50,439 nt of DNA from a virus. Taxonomy: Duplodnaviria; Caudoviricetes. The notes under the pieces are model-generated. The model was given only the letters and a program-made list of their open reading frames with translations. It was not told the DNA's origin and made no database searches. Each line of letters begins with the position of its first letter. The first letter of the stretch is position 1. Location of the stretch: positions 1-50,439 of the IMG/VR virus record IMGVR_UViG_3300028025_001146. One strand, written 5' to 3'. Both the position numbers and the translations under genes were made by a program. This document shows positions 25,404 through 32,947 of this stretch, piece after piece.

Positions 25404-28400
25404 ATGCCTATCTACCGCGTTCAAGCCCCCAACGGGAAAATCTATAAGGTGGAGGGGCCGAAGGACGCGGACCCCAATACCCTGTTTGGCTTTGTTCAAC
25501 AACAGCTAGATGCGGAGCGCTTTGAAGAGATGCGCCGGGGGGAGTACGGCCCCGGGTTGATGGAGACGTTGACCAGTGGTGTGTCTCGTGGCGCTAAGCG
25601 CCTCGGATCTACTTTTGGTGATGTGCTACCTGCTATGGTGGCCTCTGGCTTGGGCTACGACGAGTACGCTAAACGGCAGATGGAGGAAGCTGCTGCTACC
25701 GAGCGAGAGATTCAGGCAACCAACCGTCCGCTGTTCTCTAGCTACAAGCAAATACAAGGACCGCTGCAAGCACTCAAGTACGGTATTGAAGCCGTCGGTG
25801 AGCAGGTGCCCAACATTGGAACATCGCTTATTCCCGGATTGGGTGTTGCCGGTATTGCCACTCGGCTGGGGCTTGGTGTTGCGGGTCGAGCCGCCGCTAT
25901 GGGGGCAGGTACGTTCCTTGGCTCTTACTCGCAGAATGCTCCCGAAGTATTCCAGAACATCTACGAAGCCACCGGCAAGATGGAGACGGGAGCAGCCCTT
26001 ATTTTTGGTGCAGCTTCTGCGGCGCTAGATTCCATTCTTCCCGCGTCACTGGCAGGCAAGATTACTGGTCCTGCCAAGGTTGGCTTGATTGAAAAAGTGC
26101 TGGAGAAATCCGGTATGGATCGCGGGTTGCTGCGTAGCGTTACCGCGAGCGTTGCTACAGGCATCCCCACGGAGGGTTTGACCGAAGGCGCACAGGAAGC
26201 AATCAGTATTGCGGCGGAAAAATTTATTGCTGACAACCCTCAGATCTTTGGCAGCAAAGAGTGGGAGCGCATTATGGAAAGCTCCGTGCGCGGAGCGGTG
26301 GCTGGCGGCGCGTTTAGTAGCGTCGGCGGAGTAGCAGATGCGGCGAGGGCTGGTTCGGAGCGTAAAGAAGCCTATGCCCAAGCGCTTGAACGTCGGGGTG
26401 CGCGGCAACTGGCTGCTGAAGTCCGTAGATCCTCCGCCAGCATTGAAGAGATTCTGGCACAAAACCCGCAGATGGAGTTGCCCGGCTTTGAACTTGGGGC
26501 TGCTTCGTCCTTGATGCCTGCGGCACCTGCAAAAGGGAAAGCTCCCAAGGAACTGAAAGGCAAGCAGGCTGAATTGTTTACGCCTGAAGGCGAACTGACT
26601 GCTGCGCAGCAAAAACAAGCGACGCGGGAAGAAAAACTTGCCGCCAACCAAGCGCGTCAGCAAGCGCAACGTGATGCTGCGGAAGTCAAATCTGCGCAAG
26701 CTAAGCTGAAGAAGTATCTGGCTGCTAAACAAACCACGCTGCCCGGGTTTGATGCGGAGTCAATCCGGGCACTGCAAGAAGCCGCACAGCAGCAAGCCGC
26801 GCAATCTGCCGGGCAAGGTGATTTGTTTGCGGGACAGCCTCCCGCTGCGGCCCCCGCACCTGAAGTTGCTCCGGTTGCTCCCGTCCCAATTGCGCCTATT
26901 CCAGATGTTCCCGCCCCGGCACCCGTCGAGCCTGAACCTGCACCCGCACCTGAGCCTGAGCCCGCAGTAGTTGAGGTCGCCCCTGCACCAGAACCTGTAT
27001 CAATTCCGGAGGACACGGTTTCAGAAACTACGGTTCCTGAACCTACTGTACGGGCCAAGGCGCAGCCACTGGCTCCTGAAGATGCGCCTACAAAGATTGA
27101 CGACACCAAGGCATTTGGCAAGATCTTTGGGATTGGCCCCACGGCACTTATTCTGCGCGCTGATGGACCGCTGGCTGGCAAGGATATCTCCAACCCCGGA
27201 GATGCGGCGGAAGTCCAGCGGGTGCTGGAAGCGTATGCGTCTGGAAAACCCGCTAAAGGTGCGGCAGAAAAAATTGAGACGTACCTTCAACGACCCGAGT
27301 TCCAAGGAGTTCCCAATGTTGCAGGAAATGTCGAACAACCAGTTGGAGCAGGCGCTGGCGTACCTAGCGAGCCCGTTGCCGGAGTCCCCACCGAAACCGC
27401 TGGACCAGCTGAGCCAAGTGGAGTGGTACCTGCTGGAGCAGTTGCTGAGCAACCTGTTGGAAGAGAAGAACAGCAGCCCGGTGCACTGACCGCCGAAGCT
27501 GCTCCTGTAACGGTCGTTGAGCAACGTAAAGCAAAAGATGATGTTGGCAACAACGTCACAGAGGTTAAGTTTTCTGATGGCAGTGTGAATCAGATAATCC
27601 GGCTGAACTCCATTGAAGGGTTTGGTCTTTCTGGTTGGCACGATGCAAACGTGCGGGGCGCCGGTAGAGGTTATCTTGGAGAGAATAAAGCGGACGCTAT
27701 CCAAACGCTTGTTAAGCAAAAAACTGAGGAAGCCGCGCAGTCTGCCCCGGCACAAGCGCCTGCACCGATTCCTAAATTCGTTCCCGAGCTAGGCAAACGC
27801 GCCAAGAACGATATTGTCAAGGCTGAGCAAGGCGTTACCAAAGCGGCTGAAGACCAAGCCGAGTTCATTGCCCAAGTTGACAACGATGTCAACGCCATGC
27901 TGGTGGGTCGCATGCGCGAGATTGGCCGAAGCATGGGCGTGCCAGACAGCGAACTACCCGCCATAGATTACCGGGGTACCGAGTATCACAGCGTGCTGCG
28001 CATCGCGCCGCTGCTTACGCAATACCGAGACTCACAAGAAGCTCTGCGAACATCAGTAGGTACGCCGCAGGAAGCGAAGAACCGTCGAGAGTTGGTGCTT
28101 ATTGGGCAGAGCGTTGCAGATAGCAACCCGGATGCGTTTCAATTCTTTGATCAACTGCGGAATCTAGATCTCAAGCCGCAGGAACGTCTTCTGTCGCAGA
28201 TGAATCGTCAAGCGCTTGTGTTGTTTGACGCTGATGCCAAAGAAGTTGTTGAAAAAATTAAAGCGGAACTGCAAGAGCAAGCTGCCGCTGATGGCATACC
28301 CGCTCCCGTGGTAGATCCGGAAGACGCGGCTGCTGACGCATTCGCTGATGCTTTGTACGAGAAGACAGGTGTGTCGATTTACTCTACACCTGAGCAGCGC

Positions 28401-31400
28401 CGTATGCGGGAGAAGAATCAGTACGCAATCGACGCCAAAATCAAGCGGGAAGTTGCCAACCTGTCGGGAAGCCAAAGCCGCGCCTTGGTTACTGCATACG
28501 GGGCGCCGGTTGATAGCGATCAGTTCCTGCTTCGCCTGAAGCAAGACATTATTGCGTTGGTTACTCAAGGTGCCGACGCTATCGCTAAGGGCATCCGTGT
28601 TGCGGTTCAGAAAATTGCTTCTGGTGTGTTGTCGGTAGCAATCATCTTTAATCCGAACGCCACGCTTCCTAACTTCTCGTTTGACCTGCCGAAGGCGTAC
28701 AGCCAGACTGTTACCCAGACAGTAAAGATTCAGGACGTAGTACCCGCCGACGCCATTGCCAAGATGAGTCCGTTGGCTCAGATGGTCTACGAAAACATGG
28801 CCCCCACTGCAAAGAAGTCTGGCAAGGGCTTCATTGTTGCGGACAAGCCTAGCGGCATGATCCACTTCTTTAAGCCGGACGGTAAGGTGTTGCTGCAAGA
28901 CGCGGTGCTAACTGGCAAGGATAAAGGGGATGTGCTGGGCAAAGTTAGTTCGCTCAAGGGTGGACCTAAGATTACTCCAGCAGGGCAGTTCTCATTGCAG
29001 GTCGCTGATACTGCGGAGTACGCGGGCGGTAAACTTTTGAACTTGGTGGAAAGCCGAGACGAAACCGGATACATCGCAATTCACGCTGCCTACTTGGGCA
29101 ACCCCGCAGAGAAACGCGCCGAGCGTTTGCAGCGTATACAACAAGGCGCCGCCAAGTCAGGAGAGAGCAGGGTTAGCTACGGTTGCTTCAACACTGACCA
29201 CGCTCCGTTCCTCAACACGGTGCTGCCCAACATGGAGATGTTTAACGGCGGCATGATCTTTGTGCTGCCTGACGCTCAAGAAAAGACTGCGTCGATGTTT
29301 CCAGCTGAGTACAAGACGCAAACTCAGACGTTCACTGGGTATGAGAAGACGGCCAAGGCCCCGAGCAGTGCGCGTGATATGGCCGCACGAGAAGAAAAAG
29401 GGTTACCACCGGAGCGTGTAGCACAAGCAGAACAAACTACCCGGTTGTTCCTGCCCGCCTACCAAGGCCCTGCTTTCAATGCAGCCGACGCGGCCTTGGC
29501 GCGTAGCGGTGATCTCAACGGTCTGACCCGCAGCCTGATGGACCAGATCAAGGACCCAACCATCAAGCATGTGCTGCGCAAGATCCGGTCGCTAAACCTG
29601 AACGCAAAGGTTGTTATTGGTGCTGTCGAAGATGGCAAGGCTGGCTCCTACGACCCAGCTACCAACACGATCACGCTGGACCCGACGAACGGCCTGAACG
29701 CACACACGTTCATCCACGAGCTTGTGCACGCTGCTATCTCCAATGTGCTGGCCAGCCCGAATCATCCGCTGACCAAGGACTTCTCCAAGTTCTTCATGCA
29801 GATTCAAGACCGGCTGGGTGCTGCGTACGGTGCGCAAGACCTGCAAGAGTTTGCTGCTGAACTGGTGGGTAATCCTAGCTTCCAAGCGGTGCTCAAGACC
29901 ATCAAGACCCCGCGCAGCGAGAACATGTTCCGCCGCGTGCTGCACTCTGTTGCGGAGTTCTTTGGGTTTGGCAACAAGTCGGCGTTTGATACCGGCCTTG
30001 ACTTCATTGAGAAGGCGCTGGACATCACCAACGGAGTAGACGCTACTCCCGCGCAGAAGATGTTCCTCGGTATGGGCAACTTCCCCGCAATCGCTGACAT
30101 TGGTCGTGCTATGCCTGCTTTGACTCGCCAAGCAGCCGACGATGCCAAAAACGTGTTCTCCAACCTGAACGAGGGTGGTGGGTTCAAGGCCGCTGCGTTT
30201 GGCTTGCTGCGTCTGGACAACCTGCGGGACATGTACGGCAGACAACTGCCGTCGATCCAGAAGCTGCTAGACGCGCTTGAGTTGCGTACTGGCATACAAG
30301 AGCGCCGCATCAATGACGCAAACGAGAAGTTCAAGCGGTTTATGCAAGTGCAGCGCAAAGAGCCTGCGGCTATGAAGCGCATGAATGACATCGCTATCGA
30401 CGCGCGTCTGGTTGAAGTTGACCTGCTCAATCCAAACTTCAAACCTACGGCGGCAAACTCTGCCGAGTACACTCGCTTGAGCCAAGCGTTCCGTTCGCTA
30501 CCCAGCGATGTGCAGGACGTATATCGCACGATCCGCAATGATTACGACGCGGCGTTTGGTCAATACCGCAAGATCTTGAAGGATGCTGCGGAGCAAGCAT
30601 CGCCATCCTTGGCTAAACGCCTTGCTGAGCAGTTTCAAACTCAGAAGCCTATCGTTGGCTATATCCCGTTCCTGCGTCAAGGCAACTTCTGGGTGGAGTA
30701 CACCGACCCTGCCACTGGTGATCCGGTTGTTTCTTCGTTTGAGTCGTTCCGCGAGCGCCAGCAGTTTATCGACCAGATGCTCAAGGGGCGCAATCACCGC
30801 GTCTATCAGAATGTTCAAGATGCGCAGTTCTCTGGTGAGAAGCTGCCGCCCACGCACTTCATCATGCAGGTGATGAGTCAGTTGCGCAGCAACGGCGCAA
30901 GCCAAGCGCAGCTAGACGGTGTGTATCAAGCCTATCTCGCCACGTTCCCGGGTGAGTCGCTCATGAAACAATTCATGAAGTCCAAGAACCGGCTGGGTAT
31001 GGAGCGCGACATCGTGCGCGGCTACGGTGACCTTATGGTGCGCTACGCACGCAAGCTGGCTAACTCGGAGTACATTCCTCAGATTGATCGGGCGGTGCGG
31101 CAGATCCAAAGTGAAGCGCAATCCGGTGGTGACCCAACCCTCATGGCAGTGGCCCAGAACATTACGGACCAGTCCGCGTTCTTCCACAACCCGAACTTCA
31201 ACACGTTCGTGCACACGGCTACGGCCTTGAGCTACTTTGAGTACATTGCGGGCAACATTTCCTCGGCGCTGATCAACTTGACTTCGCTGCCGATGCTGGT
31301 CTACCCGCTGCTCACGGGGCGCTTCGGCTGGGGTGATGCCATGAATGCGCTGACCGGCGCTGGCAGAACTGCCATGAACGACTGGGGCAAGACAACTAAG

Positions 31401-32678
31401 TACAAGAAGTTGTACGAGACGTTGATGGACCACGCACAGCTAGAGCATACGATGGCTCGTGAGGTGATGGAGGGTCGCCGCCAGACTACGAATGACTTTG
31501 TGGGGCTGAAGGCTCGCATCCTTGATGGCATCTCTATTCCGTTCGTGGCAACGGAAAAGTACAACCGTGCGGTCACTGCGATTGCTGCCTACGATCTCGC
31601 TCGCAAAACAATGGGCGAAGAGCAGGCTATCCAATACGCACTGAATACCGTAAAAGATGTGCATACATCCGGTATGGCCGCAACTGGACCAAAGTGGATG
31701 CAAGCGCCTCTAGGTCGCCTGTTCTTTACCTTCAAGTCGTTCGTTTGGAACAGCGCATACATCATGGCGCGAGCCTTCCATCAGGCGTTCAGAGGCGAAG
31801 ACCCGGCTATCCGCAAGGCAGCGCAGCGCCAACTGCTCGCCACCTACGGTATGGCTACGGTGCTCACTGGCATCAAGGGCATGCCGTTCTACGGCGCGGT
31901 CTCGGTGCTGGCTAACATGCTCAACGCCCTGTTCGGGGATGAAGATGAGCCGTTTGATTTCGACGAGTTCATGCGCAATATCTTCGGCGAGTTTATGTTT
32001 AAGGGCGCATTCAACTATGCCACCAACATTGAACTTGCAAACCGCGCCGGTATTGCTACCGACCTGATCTTCCGCGACGACCCCCGTGGTGTGGCCGAGC
32101 ATGGGTACGTGCTATCCGCGATGCAGCAAGCGTTCGGTCCGATCGGTTCGATTGCCGTGAACTCTGGACGCGCAGCGGAGTTGTTCCAGCAGGGTGAAAT
32201 TGTTCGTGCGTTGGAGACCGCTGGTCCTAGCTTCTATCGCAACGCTTCAAAAGGGATGCGCTACCTGCTTGAGGGCGCTACTACCATCAAGGGCGACCCA
32301 ATCATGGAAGACATTAGCGCTTACAACTCGCTGATGCAGGTGATCGGTTTTGCTCCGGCTACCCTTTCCAGTCAATACGAGCGGGTGCAAGCAGCTAAGG
32401 GGTTTGAGCGTGAAGTCAACGCACGGCGGACGCAATTGCTGAACAAGTATGAGATGGCTCGCACCTCTGGGGACTACGACCTGATGTCCGAGGTGATGGA
32501 CCAAATCCAGCAGTTCAACGAGACCCGCCCGTCCAAGCGGATTACGAAGGACACCTTGGAGCGTTCGCACCGAGCACGGCTTGCCGCTGAGAAGGACATG
32601 ATTGCCGGGGTGCGCTTTGACAAGAAACTGCGCCCGGAGATTGAAGAACGGTTCTTTGATCCCTACGAAGAGGATTAA
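25404..32678 (+). CDS. giant multidomain ejection (polyvalent-type) protein with L,D-transpeptidase-like and zincin domains
   Basis: 2424 aa; IAIH...SYGCFN; HELVH...EFAAE; last gene of the virion arm. Confidence 0.8.
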   Translation: MPIYRVQAPNGKIYKVEGPKDADPNTLFGFVQQQLDAERFEEMRRGEYGPGLMETLTSGVSRGAKRLGSTFGDVLPAMVASGLGYDEYAKRQMEEAAATEREIQATNRPLFSSYKQIQGPLQALKYGIEAVGEQVPNIGTSLIPGLGVAGIATRLGLGVAGRAAAMGAGTFLGSYSQNAPEVFQNIYEATGKMETGAALIFGAASAALDSILPASLAGKITGPAKVGLIEKVLEKSGMDRGLLRSVTASVATGIPTEGLTEGAQEAISIAAEKFIADNPQIFGSKEWERIMESSVRGAVAGGAFSSVGGVADAARAGSERKEAYAQALERRGARQLAAEVRRSSASIEEILAQNPQMELPGFELGAASSLMPAAPAKGKAPKELKGKQAELFTPEGELTAAQQKQATREEKLAANQARQQAQRDAAEVKSAQAKLKKYLAAKQTTLPGFDAESIRALQEAAQQQAAQSAGQGDLFAGQPPAAAPAPEVAPVAPVPIAPIPDVPAPAPVEPEPAPAPEPEPAVVEVAPAPEPVSIPEDTVSETTVPEPTVRAKAQPLAPEDAPTKIDDTKAFGKIFGIGPTALILRADGPLAGKDISNPGDAAEVQRVLEAYASGKPAKGAAEKIETYLQRPEFQGVPNVAGNVEQPVGAGAGVPSEPVAGVPTETAGPAEPSGVVPAGAVAEQPVGREEQQPGALTAEAAPVTVVEQRKAKDDVGNNVTEVKFSDGSVNQIIRLNSIEGFGLSGWHDANVRGAGRGYLGENKADAIQTLVKQKTEEAAQSAPAQAPAPIPKFVPELGKRAKNDIVKAEQGVTKAAEDQAEFIAQVDNDVNAMLVGRMREIGRSMGVPDSELPAIDYRGTEYHSVLRIAPLLTQYRDSQEALRTSVGTPQEAKNRRELVLIGQSVADSNPDAFQFFDQLRNLDLKPQERLLSQMNRQALVLFDADAKEVVEKIKAELQEQAAADGIPAPVVDPEDAAADAFADALYEKTGVSIYSTPEQRRMREKNQYAIDAKIKREVANLSGSQSRALVTAYGAPVDSDQFLLRLKQDIIALVTQGADAIAKGIRVAVQKIASGVLSVAIIFNPNATLPNFSFDLPKAYSQTVTQTVKIQDVVPADAIAKMSPLAQMVYENMAPTAKKSGKGFIVADKPSGMIHFFKPDGKVLLQDAVLTGKDKGDVLGKVSSLKGGPKITPAGQFSLQVADTAEYAGGKLLNLVESRDETGYIAIHAAYLGNPAEKRAERLQRIQQGAAKSGESRVSYGCFNTDHAPFLNTVLPNMEMFNGGMIFVLPDAQEKTASMFPAEYKTQTQTFTGYEKTAKAPSSARDMAAREEKGLPPERVAQAEQTTRLFLPAYQGPAFNAADAALARSGDLNGLTRSLMDQIKDPTIKHVLRKIRSLNLNAKVVIGAVEDGKAGSYDPATNTITLDPTNGLNAHTFIHELVHAAISNVLASPNHPLTKDFSKFFMQIQDRLGAAYGAQDLQEFAAELVGNPSFQAVLKTIKTPRSENMFRRVLHSVAEFFGFGNKSAFDTGLDFIEKALDITNGVDATPAQKMFLGMGNFPAIADIGRAMPALTRQAADDAKNVFSNLNEGGGFKAAAFGLLRLDNLRDMYGRQLPSIQKLLDALELRTGIQERRINDANEKFKRFMQVQRKEPAAMKRMNDIAIDARLVEVDLLNPNFKPTAANSAEYTRLSQAFRSLPSDVQDVYRTIRNDYDAAFGQYRKILKDAAEQASPSLAKRLAEQFQTQKPIVGYIPFLRQGNFWVEYTDPATGDPVVSSFESFRERQQFIDQMLKGRNHRVYQNVQDAQFSGEKLPPTHFIMQVMSQLRSNGASQAQLDGVYQAYLATFPGESLMKQFMKSKNRLGMERDIVRGYGDLMVRYARKLANSEYIPQIDRAVRQIQSEAQSGGDPTLMAVAQNITDQSAFFHNPNFNTFVHTATALSYFEYIAGNISSALINLTSLPMLVYPLLTGRFGWGDAMNALTGAGRTAMNDWGKTTKYKKLYETLMDHAQLEHTMAREVMEGRRQTTNDFVGLKARILDGISIPFVATEKYNRAVTAIAAYDLARKTMGEEQAIQYALNTVKDVHTSGMAATGPKWMQAPLGRLFFTFKSFVWNSAYIMARAFHQAFRGEDPAIRKAAQRQLLATYGMATVLTGIKGMPFYGAVSVLANMLNALFGDEDEPFDFDEFMRNIFGEFMFKGAFNYATNIELANRAGIATDLIFRDDPRGVAEHGYVLSAMQQAFGPIGSIAVNSGRAAELFQQGEIVRALETAGPSFYRNASKGMRYLLEGATTIKGDPIMEDISAYNSLMQVIGFAPATLSSQYERVQAAKGFEREVNARRTQLLNKYEMARTSGDYDLMSEVMDQIQQFNETRPSKRITKDTLERSHRARLAAEKDMIAGVRFDKKLRPEIEERFFDPYEED
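27316..27489 (+). CDS. candidate overprinted 57-aa protein in the +1 frame of the giant gene
   Basis: AAGGAG at 27304-27309, ATG at 27316; helical Leu-rich sequence. Confidence 0.5.
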   Translation: MLQEMSNNQLEQALAYLASPLPESPPKPLDQLSQVEWYLLEQLLSNLLEEKNSSPVH

Positions 32679-32709
32679 AAGAAAAGGCCCCGCTTGTTAC
32701 GGCGGGGCC
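32677..32709 (-). terminator. Rho-independent terminator at the convergence point
   Basis: 8-bp stem GGCCCCGC/GCGGGGCC followed by TTTTCTTTT on the - strand. Confidence 0.85.
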
Positions 32710-32738
32710 AAAATCCTCAAACAGGAGGAGAAGAGTGC
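32677..32738 (-). ncRNA. candidate anti-RBS small RNA (~60 nt)
   Basis: lies between a sigma70-like promoter and the terminator; 5' part complementary to RBS regions of several - strand genes. Confidence 0.55.
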
Positions 32739-32947
32739 GGGGGGACTATAGCATCCAGCCGCCATACGCGCAACCCGTAGACCTTATTCTCTATAACCTG
32801 TTTGCAGGCTACGGGTATTCTCAAGCGCCGGGCCTCCTGCATGACAAACCGCTGCACATCACGGCGGTCGATGCAGGGAATGAAGAAGGATGTGCCCGGG
32901 TGGAACTTGTCCCACTCAATTAGCAGCGGTATCCCCAGCACCTGCAT
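32717..32947 (-). CDS. small hypothetical protein, possibly DNA-binding
   Basis: MQVLGIPLLIEWDKFHPGTSFFIPC...GLRVWR; ATG at 32947. Confidence 0.65.
   Translation of the reverse strand: MQVLGIPLLIEWDKFHPGTSFFIPCIDRRDVQRFVMQEARRLRIPVACKQVIENKVYGLRVWRLDAIVPPHSSPPV
32745..32773 (-). promoter_or_regulatory. sigma70-like promoter for the candidate sRNA
   Basis: TTGCGC-17nt-TATAGT with extended -10 TG. Confidence 0.55.

Noticed and set aside
32735-32923. 62-aa + strand ORF with an apparently strong SD (AGGAGGAGAAGA-GTG)
   Set aside because: It is antisense to a plausible gene and lies after the convergence hairpin. The SD-like text is better explained as the reverse complement of the candidate anti-RBS sRNA.
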